64,000 nt of DNA, taken from Malacoraja senta (taxonomy: Eukaryota). Where the stretch lies: NCBI GenBank assembly GCA_038087875.1, contig JAXLNO010000627.1, forward strand, positions 124,001-188,000, given 5' to 3'. Positions 50,876 through 64,000 of the stretch are shown here, one piece after another. The notes beneath the pieces are model-generated. The model saw only the letters and a program-made list of their open reading frames with translations, made no database searches and was not told the origin of the DNA. A program made the translations under genes and the position numbers. Positions within the stretch are counted from its first letter, which is position 1. Each line of letters opens with the position of its first letter.

Positions 50876-52256
50876 TAAACAGGTGTCTCAAATTGTTAAA
50901 CGAGGGTCTCTTGGGTATAAACCCAGTTTGATCAGAATGTATTAATTTATTAACGTATTTACTTAGTCTTCTTGCCAGGGTTTTAGCTAATATTTTCTGA
51001 TCTGTATTTAACAGGGTAATTGCTCTGTATGATCCCGGCTCTTCCAGATCTTTATCTTTTTTGGGTATCAGTGTAATAGTTGATTCGGCTAAGGTTTGTG
51101 GTAGCGTCTGTTCTTTCAATGCGTGTATATAAAGGTTATGTGAACACGGGGAGATTACGTCGTAATTTTTTAAATAAAATTCATTACTAAACCCATCTGG
51201 GCCTGGGGTTTTGCAATTCTTCAATTAATTAATAGTCTTTTCGATTTCTTTAATTGTAATCTGTGCTCCTATTTCATCACATTCCGCCACGTTAAGTGGA
51301 AGATTACAGTGATCAAGGAAGTTTGTAATTTTTTATCGTTTCTGTTGATGTTTTGGATGTATATAAATGCTGATAGAATTGGACAAATCTTTCGTTAGTA
51401 TCTTTTGGAAGTGTGAACAGTTCACCTTTTTCTGATCTGATTTTTTGAATAGTATATCCTTTTAAACTTTTCTCAGCTGACGTGCGAGGTTTATGCGGTT
51501 TGTCGCCGTATTCAAAGTTTTCCTGTATAGTAATTTGAAATAGCCTGATAACTCTTGCAGAGATAATTCAATTTAGCTTGAATTTTAATACTGCTATCTT
51601 TTTATGTTTATCCATAGATGGATCTGTCGCATTTTCTGAATCCAGTTGTCTGATCTGTTCTTCTAATTGCAGTTATTCCATCCTGTTCTTTTTGTTTTGA
51701 TATGCTTGATATGAAATGATAGAGCCTCTAATAAAGGCCATAAAAGATTCCCATAATAACGAAGCCAAAATACCTGGAATATGATTTGTCTCAAAAAAGA
51801 ATTTCATCTGTTGTTTTAAATATTCACAGCAAACTGGGTTAGTAAGTATTTGGGGATTAAACCTCCAGAACGATTTTTTATTGCACATTCTTACTAGTTT
51901 TAGGGAGAAGGTTAGCGGGGAATGATCGGAAATAATACTATTATGATATTTGGGATTAGTTGTAAAAGGTATTAATTTTGTATCCACCAGAAAATAGTCA
52001 ATACGTGTATAAGTTTTATGTACGGATGAATGAAAGGAATATTCTCTTTCAGATGGATTTGCAATCCTCCATGCGTCTGTTATATTTGTTTTTTTTATAT
52101 ACGTATTTAGGAGTTTGCTGGATTTTGATTTTGTGTTTATCTCTTTTGTTGTGAGGATTTATCCAAATATTGATCCAAAACACAGTTGAAATCTCCTCCA
52201 ATTATCAGTTTTTGCTGGGTGGATTCTGAGATAATATGAAATATTTAATATAAACA
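50876..52256 (-). mobile_element. L1-clade LINE ORF2 fragment
   Basis: KTPGPDGFSNEFY, ITLIPKKDKD, SYRAITLLNTDQKILAKTLARRL, DQTGFI; endonuclease RIDYFL..ISDHSPL. Confidence 0.85.
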
Positions 52257-53005
52257 TTGTGGATTATCCGTCCCTTTTGTACGGGTCATCCCTACTCCAG
52301 AAGAGATCCCAGTGGTTTATAAATCTAAATTCCTGCTCCCTTCACCAGCACCTCATCCACACATTCAGATCCCCTATCTCCCTGTACCTGTCCTCGCCAG
52401 CCAGCACGAGGTCCTGGAAGGAATTCAGTGATAACCACCTAGAAGTCCTGCTTCTCAGTTTTCTTCCGAACTCTCTAAACTCACGTTGCAGAACCTCCTT
52501 CCTCGTCTTCCCGACGTTGTTTGTGCCCACATGCACAAACACTTCCGGCTGCTCACCTTCACTCTCGTGAATGTTCTGAAGTCGGTCCGGCACATCTTGA
52601 ATCCTGGCACCAGGGAGGCTACAGACCATCCTCGAGTCTCACCTGCCGCCACAGAATCTCCTGTCCGCACTTCAGACAATAGAGTCACCCACCACTATAG
52701 TTCTGCCCGACGTCGATCTCGTCGGTCGAGTCTCATCGCTCGGATTGGAGCCACCGACCTGTCCGCCGCTCAAACTGGAAGCATCGTCTGCCTTCACAGC
52801 TCCTAAGGGGGCTGCACGCTTCCTCCTCTTTCTCATAGTCACCCACCTTCGCTCTTCCGGTATCCTTGATGTGACAACCTCATGGTAGGTCCTGTTCAGA
52901 AAACTTTCGTTTTCCTGGATGGCCCTGAGGTCATCCAGCAGCTGCTCCATTTCCCCAACACATTCATTAAGGAGCTGCGCCTGGACACAATTTCTGAAGG
53001 TGTGC
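52257..53005 (-). mobile_element. CR1 ORF1 (esterase) fragment
   Basis: TIVVGDSIV, CSLPGARIQDV, VHVGTNNVG. Confidence 0.85.
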
Positions 53006-53239
53006 TTGTCAGGGTAATCCCAAAGGAATTTATGTATATAAAGTGAAAAGGGGTCAACGGAGAGTGGGCCCCTCTGGAGTCAATGCGGTCAACTCTGGGT
53101 AGTGCTGCAGGTGATGCACAAGGTCCTCAAATAAAATCTCTTCTCTGGTTTTCCCATGGAGAAAGACACGAGGACCAGGGTGCTTGGGATTTTGGTCAAT
53201 GGAACAGTCAGTATTATGGTCAAAGCAGTGCTGAAGATC

Positions 53240-54810
53240 GTGATGCTTGTGTAGGTAAACATTCCTCCCTGGCCTGATCAGATATATCCGAAGACACAAT
53301 CTGAAGCTAAAGGGGAAATTGCAGGCGCCCTGGCGTAAATTTATGAGTCATTACTAAATACAGGATCGGTTCGGGAAGACTGGAGGGTGGCAAATGTTGT
53401 CCCTTTATTTAAGGGGGGCTGCAGGGATAAGCGGGGCAACTGCAAAGCAGTGAGCCTGTGATCGGACCGTTAGTAGTGAGTATTCTGAGGGAGAAGACAT
53501 GTTGTCATTTAGATGGACAATGGGTGATTAGGGACTTTCAACGTGGTTCTGTATGTAGACGATAGTGACGAATTTAATTACGGGTTTTGAAGATGTAATC
53601 AATACGTGTGATGAGAGCAGAGCTGTAGACATTGTATTTCGTGGATTTCAGCAAGGTAATTGACAAGGTTCCCCATGGTTGGCGTTTCTGGAAGGTTAGA
53701 TCACATGGGATTCAATGAGAGTTAGCTGGCTGGATAGAACATTGACTGTTGAATGGAGCAGAGAGTGATGGTGGAAGGTTGCTGTTCCTTTGGAAACCTG
53801 TTACTAGTGGTGTGCGTCAGGATTCGGTGCTGGGCCCATTGCTGTTTGTTATCTGTATAAAAGATCAGGATGGGAAAATACAAGGCTTGACTAGCAAGCT
53901 TACAGATGATGCTAAAGTGGGTGGTATTGTAGATAGTGAAGATGGTTGGATACAATTCAAGCAGGATCTTGATCGGTGGCGAAACTAGGCTGAGGAATAG
54001 TTGATGGAAGTTAATACATAGAAGTGCGAGGTGTATGTTGGGCAGTCTATTAAGAGCAGGGATTACACAATGAATGGCAGGGCTCCGTGGAGTTTTGAAA
54101 GGCAGAGGAATGTAGGAGTGTCGGAGCACATTTTCATGAAGCTGGCATAACAGGTAGATAGTGTGCTCAAGAAGGTTTTCAGCGCATTTGGCATTAATCA
54201 GTCAGAGTATGTAGTATAGAGATTCGGCGGTCATGTTACAGTTGTATAAGACATTTGTGAGGCCCCATTTAGTGGATTATGTTTTGTTTTGAATGTTATA
54301 GGAGAGTTGTTGTCTAGCTGGAAATGGTCAAGATGGTATTTACGAGTATGTTGCTTGGACTCAAGGGCCTGAACTACATGAAGAGGTTGAGCAGTCGAGG
54401 ACTTTATTCCTTGGAGCGCAGGAGGATGGGATGATCTCAAATAAGTGTACACGATTCTGAGAGGAATTGATCGGGTAAATGCGCAGAACATTTTGCACAG
54501 CGGAGGGGAATCGAGAACCAGAAGACATAAGTTTAAAGTAAGAGGGAGAAATTCAATTGAAACCTGAGGGGTAACTTTTATATACAAAGGGTTATGGATA
54601 TATTAAATGTGCTGCCATAAGAAGTCGTTGAGGCAGGTACTATCATAAAGTTTATGAGACATTTGGACAAGTACAGATAGGATAGGTTTAAATCATTATG
54701 GGGCAATCGCAGGCAGGTGGCCACTGGTGTAGATGGGACATGTTTGTCGGTTTGAACATGTTGGGCCGAAGGGCCGGATTCCACGCTCTACGACGATATG
54801 ACTATCACTC
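53240..54810 (+). mobile_element. Old decayed CR1 ORF2
   Basis: PVTSGVRQDSVLGPLLF, KLTDDAKVGG. Confidence 0.75.
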
Positions 54811-56339
54811 TATGAATCTATGACAATGGCCAGGAATACCTGAACCTATCCCTTTCTCATCTGGGTCAAGACTTTAATTATACTATTCTTAAATGTCCTG
54901 TTAATTCCCTCCGCTAATCCAGGTGGTGATTGTGAAGTTGCCGTTTCATCCTAACAAGATACAAGCTTCCGTCCCCTGCAAAATGCATTCCCCGGTTGGA
55001 GTCTGTGAAGATGGACTCCCCCATCCCGGTAATGTTTATATTTCTGGGATCCATGGCACGTTTACAACTGGGCTACTGCATGGGAATGCCTCCACCCAGC
55101 GGATAAAGTGTTCAAGAGTTACGAAACAGGACCTTTAATTTAGAGACAAGGGCAAGGTCCAGTAAAATTTACCTGCATATAGCTGTAAACAGGCAATGCA
55201 CACTCGCCCATCTGCACATCAACAGTTCGATACTGCCATTAACTCACCTGCTTCTAGGAGCCGCAATGTATTATGCAGAGGTTGTAAAATTATGGTCCCA
55301 CTCAGTGTGATGGCTTCTAAGACATATAACGGCAAGTCACGCAGGCGAGAGCTTGAGCACATCAATGCATCCCAGCCACCACTGGACATTACTCAGTTGA
55401 ACAGTATGCAACTGGCCTCATTGCTTCCATGCCTTTATGTTACTTTTGACGTAGAGCAACTTTATTCAATAGCACAGCACAAATGGAAGGGTTTCAGCAG
55501 ATTTGTGAGCCCCGGAGCTTGAGATTTTAGCGGGTTAACTTGATATTTGCAAATTCCCAAGTGTGCTCTCTCCATAGTGCGCTTAATTCGCGTTTCGTTC
55601 CCCTGGAGAGATCGTGCGGAGGTTTGGCCAATTCAAATTAACTTTCCACAGAATGGTTCCCGTAATTAAATATACCCAATACTGTTTTATACATTTCTCT
55701 GATATCAATTGGGACTGGTCCAGAATACCCTGTCTCATTTCCTTAATGTTAAAGGATCAACTTGCAAATGACTTTAATCCTATCCCAACATTGCCTAACA
55801 CACGGCGCATTAAATATCTTCCACTCGCTGTTTGTCTGAAATGGAGAATAGTGTGTCGACTATAGCCATGCGCTGATGGGCAAATTGTGCACAACTCATA
55901 ATACATTTACCCTTGGGATTAAGCCTAGGGACTTTTTCAATATATATATTTTTTATTTCAGAATAATTACCTCAAAAGCATTTTGGATCGAACAAAATCG
56001 ACCAGCGTAGTATATTGCATGGACCCGCATTTGGTTCTCACCTGACACATGCTGAATTTCAAGCACAATAAACATTTGCATTCTTCGAGAGGGGAATCCT
56101 GCCTGTTTATTTACATTTTACAAGACAAACAATGGGAATACATCAAAGCAAGCTTTTCCAAGAGAACTCAAACTGAAAATCAGTAATTCAAAGTTTTTGG
56201 CCAAAATAATGACACTCTTTGGAAATGCATTATTGTTAACAAAAAACATATCTATTAAACACCAATTCCGAAATAATCGATTTCAAATTTCTAATGTACG
56301 ATAATTACAATATTCGTAAATACCAATTTATTTCTGTAA

Positions 56340-56445
56340 TTTTTAGTTTATGGTTTAGAGATGCAGCGCGGAAACAGGCCCATCGGCCCTCCGAGTCCGC
56401 ACCGACCAGTGATCCTTGCACATTAACACTATCCTACACACAATT
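56340..56445 (-). mobile_element. HE1-like SINE tail fragment
   Basis: agagatgcagcgcggaaacaggccc..cgagtccgcaccgacc. Confidence 0.7.
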
Positions 56446-56924
56446 GTGAGACTGATCTGTCGTTGAATCTAGCTTTACGTTGTGCCCTGTCGCCCTTGTA
56501 ATCATTGTTCAGATCGGGATAGTACAAAACAAAACTTCGTCAAGACGTGGTGCGATTCCGACACATATCCGTTTATTCAAGGACTGAACAATACATATTG
56601 GGAAACACTTTGAATGGATTCAAAACTTTGAGTTTACTGACATTTTTACCAACAGATTTTTTAATAGCTCACGACACAATGGTTATATGAAGATGTCATG
56701 TTCTTGAAATATGTCATCAGTGATCCAAGTTTCCTTGTAGTCTTTCATTCTTGTTTTAGTTCTGTCGGAGTTAAATCTAACATTCTGTTTCCTGATTCAC
56801 CCGATTATCTGGCAAATGCGTGTCGTAAAGCGACACCACTTTTCTCATGATCAGTCCTATGTTTCGGTTTACTCCAGCCAACTAGGCCTAGTAATCTAAA
56901 CATTTCCTAAATTTGTTGATATAT

Positions 56925-57179
56925 TCCCCCCTACTCCCTCCCTCTCCCTCTAGCCCCCTCCCTCTCTCTCGCTACCGCCCCCTCCCTCGCCCTCTCTAGC
57001 TGCCCCTGCGCATTTGGGGGCTATGCGTGAGTGGATAGGGCGGGTGATGGGGTAAAAGGAGCGAATGAATAATATTAATATAATAAGAAGGGGGGGTAGT
57101 GTGTGTATGTGACGCCGCAGGCCGCCCCCCCCCCCCCGCAACTTAGGGGACGGGACCCAACGGTTCCCCCTTGGTCTAG
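56925..57179 (+). mobile_element. Helitron 3' fragment related to 9954-11874
   Basis: cctgcgca.ttgggggctatg.gtgagtgg motif shared with ~11715; hairpin gggacccaacggttccc and CTAG|T at 57176-57179. Confidence 0.7.
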
Positions 57180-57224
57180 TAAAATATAAAATTGAGAGTG
57201 TAAAAGGACAAAGGAAGTAAAGTC

Positions 57225-57541
57225 AGTTAAACGCTTGAGTAAAATGTTTTTAGCTGCCGTTTAAAAATGTCAACTGAGTGGGCGTCTCTCATAGCTCTGG
57301 GTCGGGTATTCCACAGCTTGGGGGCGTAATTGAAAAAGGCTGCTCCACCAATGTTCTTATTGCTGCGGCATTGAGTGGCAAACAGGCCGGCATCAGAAGA
57401 CCTGAGCGCTCGAGTAGGGGCATAGGGAAGAAGGGACATTGTAAAATATACTGCTCCTAAACCATTTAGGGCTTTATAGACAAGAAGAAGGACTTTATAG
57501 TATATCCTGGATCTCACAGGGAGCCAATGAAGGGTGTACAA
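57225..57541 (-). mobile_element. L2 3' fragment
   Basis: LHWLPVRSRIYYKVLLLVYKALNGL...YAPKLWN. Confidence 0.8.
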
Positions 57542-57929
57542 GATGTTGGCGAGGCGGCATTTGGATTACTGTGTTCAGTTGTGGTCACCCAGCTCTATCA
57601 AGCTGTAACGAGTGCAGATCATGCTGCCCGGACTTGAAGGCCTGAGGTATAGGCAGAGGAAGGGCAGTCTAGGAATTTATTCCATGAAACGCAAGTGTCA
57701 GAGCGGTGATCTTACAGCGGTGCATACAATCACAAGAGGATAAGGTGAATGCCAATTAGTTTAGCGCAGGGGAAACAACAACCTGAGAATATGGGTTAAA
57801 GGTGAGTGAGGAACCTGATGGCGACCTTACAATATAGAGGGTGGTGTTTCTATGGAACGAGTTGCGAGAGGATATAGTTGAGGCAGGCACTATAAGAACA
57901 TTCAAAGTACAGTTTGATGGGAACCAGGA

Positions 57930-58720
57930 TAACCATATAACCATACAACTATTACAGCACGGAAACAGGCCATCTCGGCCCTTCAAGTCCGTGCCGAACA
58001 CCCCCCGCCTTCTTTCAGACCATAACCCTCCATTCCTTTCCCGTCCATATACCCATCCAATCTATGTTTAAAGCATAAGATCGAACCTACCTCCACCACT
58101 TCCACTGGAAGCTCATTCCACACAGCTACCACTCTCTGAGTAAAGAAGTTCCCCCTAATGTTCCCCCTAAACTTCTGTCCCTTAATTCTCAAGTCATGTC
58201 CCCTTGTTTGAATCTTCCCTACTCTCAACGGGAAAAGCTTATCCACGTCAACTCTCTCTAACCTGCTCATCATTTTAAAGACCTCTATCAAGTCCCCCCT
58301 TAACCTTCTGCGCTCCAAAGAATAAAGACCTAACTTGTTCAACCTTTCTCTGTATCTTAGTTGCTGAAACCCAGGCAAGATTCTAGTAAATCTCCTCTGT
58401 ACTCTCTCTATTTTGTTGACATCCTTCCTATAATTAGGCGACCAAAATTGTACTCCATACTCCAGAATTGGCCTCACCAATGCCTTGTACAATTTTAACA
58501 TTACATCCCAACTTCTATACTCAATGCTCTGATTTATAAAGGCCAGCACACCAAAAGCTTTCTTTACCACCCTATCTACATGAGACTCCACCTTCAGGGA
58601 ACGATGCACAGTTATTCCTAGATCCCTCTGTTCAACTGCATTCCTCAATTCGCTACCATTTACCATGTGCGTCCTATTTTGATTTGTCCTGCCGAGATGT
58701 AGCACCTCACATTTATCAAC
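57930..58720 (-). mobile_element. CR1 3' fragment, same subfamily as 50070-50875
   Basis: 240-aa ORF nearly the same as the 49987-50793 ORF. Confidence 0.9.
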
Positions 58721-59783
58721 ATCTGCCAGGATAGGAATGGTTGGGGAACATGGGACAAACGTGAGCAGGGGGGACTAGTGTACGTAGAGCATTTTGATCG
58801 GCATGGGGAAGTTGGGCAGAATGGCCTGTTTCCATGTTGTGTGACTCTACGATTATATGGCAATAACACGCATGGACTGTTCAGTCCGTCCGTTTAACAG
58901 AATCCACCTGCACCTTTCTGACAAGAATAAATTTACCGTGTCCACTTGACTGAAATCCAATCTGTCCTTGTAACTGACACGGACTGTCGACCTGAAAGAC
59001 TATTCATGTCCCTCTCTCCAGAGAAGCTGTTCGATTTGGGGTGGGGGGGCTCGGAGGGGGGGCTCGGCTCAATGTATTCGAGACATTGTCGCTAGTCACG
59101 GGGCCAGTTTGTTTGCCGGTATCGAAGGGGGAAACTTAAAACAATCATTTCACAAATCGCAGATTCTCCACATAGACCAATCTCAACGTCGACTAAAGTT
59201 GAGGAATGAGGAATCGTTGCTGCCCACATCTGAGAGAGAGCCGATCACCACTGGCTCCTCCCCAGAGAGAAGGGTGACCTCAGCTGTGATGAGGTTGTGT
59301 CACCTGTGTCCATACAAATGCTCATTATTAACATCCATATATATTCTAATTATTCTCATATATTCAGACGCTCCAGGGGACACGAACATTTTATATTCCC
59401 TTTGAGAACCCGGTCCCCACCACCATTCCACCCACCCATCGGACACCCAGCGACAAGGAGACAGTTATTGGAAGTGATTAGAATAGTTTATTTCTGGTCA
59501 CTATGAACAACCTGTTTCCTGTGTGATTCACGCACAAGGTGGTGTGACAGCGCGCTGTTATCCCGTGACATACAATATCAAGTATTACTGCACTCGGACA
59601 ATATTGAGATGATATTGTGTAGAAAGGAACTGCAGACGCTGATTTATTTCATGTGAATGCTTGGTTGTATACGGCAGCTACTGAGTTATATAATTCGCAC
59701 ACCCGGGTAACTCCTGAAAACATCGGTGTAAGTTGTATACATCTGTTCAATGTTCTGCTATATTTATAACTAGACTGGGAATA

Positions 59784-60682
59784 CTAATGTTTCAATGATA
59801 TGATTAATTTCACAATGAAATTCACGGGGTATGTAACCACGTTCTTCAGCTGCTCTCGGAACATCCTCTGGGTCAGGACATAAATACACGTGTTGGTGCA
59901 GGTACTCAGAACCTGGAGCATAAACGAAATTGTCTGAAGATCAGTGTCCGCGAAATACTCAGCGCCTAAAACGCGCTCAGCCACAACATATACAACCACT
60001 GTACTCCACAACGCGATGAAACTGCCAGATATGCTGAAGAGTAAAACGATGGATTTCCTCCGGCTGTCCATCTCCGGGTCCTTGCCATTCTCTCCACTGT
60101 TGCGGCCCCGGAGCAATCTGCGGACTCTACCAGAGACGAGAATGTATCTGGCGGTCAGTGAATTGACCAACAAAAACAAAACGAACGGGAGACAAACAGT
60201 TACAGTTAAGTACAACAACTCAAACGAAGTCCATGAAGGTGAGGTTAAGAATGACTGTTTCAAGGCACACCCTCTGGGTTTATTATCGGTAATATATACT
60301 GATTCGAATGTAAAATACCACGGTACGTTTATTAAACAGCTTAGAACAATTACAGTTCCGATAACAACACTCGCCGTTCGCTCGGTGCAATATTTTGTTT
60401 TCAGCTTCTGACAACAAATGGCCACAAACCGATCAAACGTGAAACCCACGGTGAACCAGATAGAGATTGTTGTGGCTGCGTTGGCCAGGGTCGAGTTGAC
60501 GGAGCACACGGGGGTGATGGTGAAGAACGACAGCGGGAAATACATTCCAACAATGGACCTTATTATGACGTCAATGATGAGGACCATGAGGTCGGCCGCT
60601 GCCATTCCCAGCAGGTAGCGAGTGATGCATTTGGAGAGACCGCACTTTCCCCGGGACAGGATCACAATCGTCACCAAGTTAA
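59784..60682 (-). CDS. GPR139/GPR142-like class A GPCR, major coding exon
   Basis: Open 297-aa ORF with six further hydrophobic segments after the TM1 end, FTFDRFVAICC, STCTNTCIY. Acceptor ttctttcgcag| precedes (V)NLVTIVILSRGKCGLS. The short first exon was not identified in the window. Confidence 0.88.
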
Positions 60683-62019
60683 CTGCGAAAGAAGGAACGA
60701 AGGATGATACATTGTGTGGCGTTTACAAAGAAAACCCTGAACTGAAAGGATTTCCGAGTGACATTTACTACTGAGTTTCAAGAATACATGAAATTACAAG
60801 TCATATCATCAGTTAGATAATGAAAAGATACGTGGCACACACAGCTCACGGGATCCGGGTTGGATCCGCTCCTCTGACTCTGGTTGTCCGCGGTTCCCTG
60901 ATCCAATCGAGAGATAATTCTATATGTTAGCTGGGTGCTCTAATTGACTTCGCAATGCAGATGACAAGTGTGCCGGTGGCAGTGTATGGATCAGTGTGGG
61001 AGAATAACCTGCAGGGTTAAAGTAAATCAGAAGGTCCCTGAGAGGCTGACGGTGTTCCTCTTTGGGAATGACAAAACTAGATAGACCGTTTGTCCTTCTT
61101 ACCGAAAGATAAATGTCGTTATTGGAGCACAATGCATAGAGAGAGGTAGAGTCATTCCGCGTGTAAACAGGCTCTTCTGCCCATCTTGCCCATGCCCCAT
61201 CTACTCTTGTTCCAACTGCGCATATTTCGCTCTGATCCTTCTAAACCATTTCTATCCATGTACCTATCCAACATTGGGTCAATAAACACAACCGCCAACT
61301 ACAGTTTGTGAAGACCAGAGCCTGTAACTGGGGCAGTAACCGTTCAATTTGTAATCGTTCCACAGCTTCCAGTCCTGCAAAAGTTCGACTAATTGCAAAG
61401 CAATATTCACAGGCTTGTTTACCCCGCAATTTACCTGCTATTCCCCATTGCCTATTCACTCTGCCCAGTAGCCACCGCACATTTATCATGACCAGTGTTG
61501 AACTTCCTTCACACGGCACACTGTACCTTCACCCACCCCAGTCCTCCCTACATATTCACTCTGCTGTGTCCACCTGCCCAGCCTTTAACACCCCCGCATC
61601 AATCTGCCCAGTCCCCACCTGGCTTCATCTTGCGTAGTCGCCACTGCACGTTGACCCTGCCGAGCACCGTCACACTTCCCCCTGTCCTGTCTCCACTACA
61701 CCTACACCCTGCTCAGTACCTATCACAGCTTCCTCCTGCACAGGCCTCACCTGCCTTCATCTTCCCCATACTCCACAGCTCCATCACCGTACCCACCCCC
61801 CACTGCACCTTCACCCGGCCAAGTTCCTACCAGGCCTTCACAATTTGGTTGGTTTATATGTTTGTAGATGACAGCAACATGGCCGACGTACACAGCGCAA
61901 TAGAGATCAGCTACAGCAATGGACGGCGAAATGACAGATGGTGTAACATTGGAGCTGTGTGAGGTGTCATGGGAGGTCGGACATGGTGGGGGGGGGTGGG
62001 ATATACAATTAATGACATG

Positions 62020-62725
62020 ACCATTATCAGCAGTGATTAACGGACGTACCTTGGGGTCCAAGTCCAGCACTCCCTGAAAGTAGCAACACATGTAGATACT
62101 GTGGTAAATGAGGCACGTGGCATATTTGCCGAAATTGGTCAGCACATTCAGTATAAGAGTCAGGGCATCGTGAAGCAGCGCTATAGGACTTTGTACAGCA
62201 TTTGGGGTATTACGTGCAGTTCTGGTCGCCCCATTACAGGAAGGATGTGAAGGTTTTAGAGAGGGTGCAAAGGTTACAAGAATGATGTCTAGATTATGGG
62301 GTATTGGCTACAGGGAGCATTTGGAGAGAATTGGATTGCTTTTTTTCTGGAACGCTGAAGGTTGCGGGGCGACCTGACAGAAGAATAGAAAACAGGAACC
62401 TTTTTTCCAGGATAGAAAAATCAAATACTAGAAGGAAGAGCTTTAAGAAGGGCAAAGCTTAAGGGGGATGTTAGGGGCATGTTTTATACACAAAGGCTGA
62501 GTGCCTGGAACGCGCTGCCAGGGTGGGGGTTTGTGATGGTTTTGGGGCCAGGTCGGATAGTGGTGTTTCAGGGACTTTTGAATATGCCAATAGATTTGCA
62601 GGGAATCGAGGGATATGGGTTATGCGCAGGCAGATAGGAGTTGGCCTTGGCATCATGTTCGACACATACATTGTGGACCGAATGGCCTGTTTTGTGCTGT
62701 ACTGTTCTATGATCTATGTTTTGTT
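62020..62725 (+). mobile_element. Decayed CR1 3' fragment
   Basis: gtgcagttctggtcgccccattacaggaaggatgtg and the family 3' tail. Confidence 0.7.
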
Positions 62726-64000
62726 TTAAATCATTTCCTGTCACCAGCTGACTCCTACCATTGGAACAACTTTGTATCTAATTCTTCCCAACTGGATCCT
62801 GTGTGCGCGAATCTTCCAGGTCAGTCTACCATGCGGATCCTGGGAAAGCAATGGCTAAACTACAAAAGCACATATAGACAACGTTTCTCGGGAACAAAGT
62901 CGTGTTGTCTATTTATAATTAGTGTTTATCTTTCCAAATACCGATGAGGCGTATAGCCCTAATTTCCCTCAGGCAACTTTACCACCACCGATATCAGAAT
63001 GAACCGCCTGCAGTTCCTTGCATGCATTCTACATAAAAGACAGGCATCACTTCAACGTCAATATCAACTTGTTCCCTTGCTGCCCACGTTTATGAGCCAC
63101 AGATGCGCAGCAAACTATCTGCAGATTGAAGCTTCAGTGGGGTGGGGACTGAGCCGGGGGAAGGCGCGGGCGGGACTGGGCGGAATGAAGGTGCAGGGGG
63201 AAGGTGCAGTGGGGACTGTTGAGAGGAGAGTGTACAGCGGAGGGACAGACAGACGTCAGGATAGATACCAGTGGGGAGCGAGCATCCTCGGGTGGCTTAT
63301 CGTGCGGATTTTCATTGTAATGTTTTATGTCATGCTGATCAGGATATTGGCGGTGTGACTATCCGAGTGCGACAGCGGAAGGTCAGACGGACAGTTCAGC
63401 AGCGGTTTTGTTTGGTGATCTGACCTGGAAGCATGTGCTGTAGTCAGAAGTGTTCCGTCAAAATGCAGCAGATGTCTCGAAACCTGAATCACGTTGACTG
63501 CACCTTGTACAACGTATTCAGTGCATGTCCACGCTGCAGTCCACACCCTGACCCACGGTCTCCACTCTGTCTCCACCGTTATCGCACACTCCACCTCCCT
63601 TTTCCCATTTTCCGTCAATACACTTTGCAGCGCTTCCATCCGCAACATCTCCAGTTCGTTCCCCAGAGGGAGAGCTTCCCACAGCTCGGAAGCAAGGCAT
63701 TTGACCCACCACAGCCAAAGCGACATGGATGTACCCACAGAACCCATAGTCTCCACGCCTTAGTGTTCCTCTTGATGTATTTAGTATCCCTGCCTACGTC
63801 AAACTCTTTAGCAGCGCGTCCTAGATTCCGAGTCTGAATGAGAAAAGACCTCATCAGATTCTTCCAAATATTGTGTCTAACCTAATGCCCCCTGGATTTA
63901 ACCCCCTCTTATATGGGGCATGTTTCATAGCATGTATCCTGTCTATGCCGCTTAATTTATCCAATTGTTGGACCTTCACTGTGTATTTTTCGTGAAAGGA

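Noticed and set aside
62960..63010. Candidate first exon of the GPCR
   Set aside because: No convincing donor plus TM1-like peptide could be established.
61500..63260. Weak inverted similarity between a C-rich block (~61520-61820) and a G-rich block (~63135-63250)
   Set aside because: Only short degenerate motifs (ctgcaccttcaccc-like); termini and TSD cannot be defined by eye.

Overview
Repeat-dense vertebrate genomic DNA, most likely a cartilaginous fish (skate/ray-like). This is inferred from the HE1-type tRNA SINEs, HER1/CR1 LINEs and a chondrichthyan-type GPR139-like receptor. Most listed ORFs are low-complexity artefacts or transposon debris. Host genes: five exons of a divergent, disabled PDE9A-like phosphodiesterase (27.9-35.5 kb, + strand, largely missed by the ORF track) and the main coding exon of a GPR139/142-like GPCR (59.8-60.7 kb, - strand). 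Mobile elements: non-autonomous Helitrons with C-rich interiors inside a local duplication, Harbinger/hAT/P-like MITEs, a Penelope element and mini-Penelope hairpins with hammerhead-ribozyme cores, a Gypsy LTR element with a nested Passport-like Tc1, and CR1, L2, L1, RTE, Rex/Babar and Ingi/Vingi fragments. The most unusual structure is a ~4 kb foldback (20.4-24.4 kb). Its axis is a mirror-duplicated CpG-island promoter with two outward-facing TATA boxes that read into G-rich ~16-bp minisatellite arms. A 32-bp TIR-only palindrome at 17979-18010 has the geometry of a P-element excision footprint. All family assignments come from motif recognition by eye; no searches were run.
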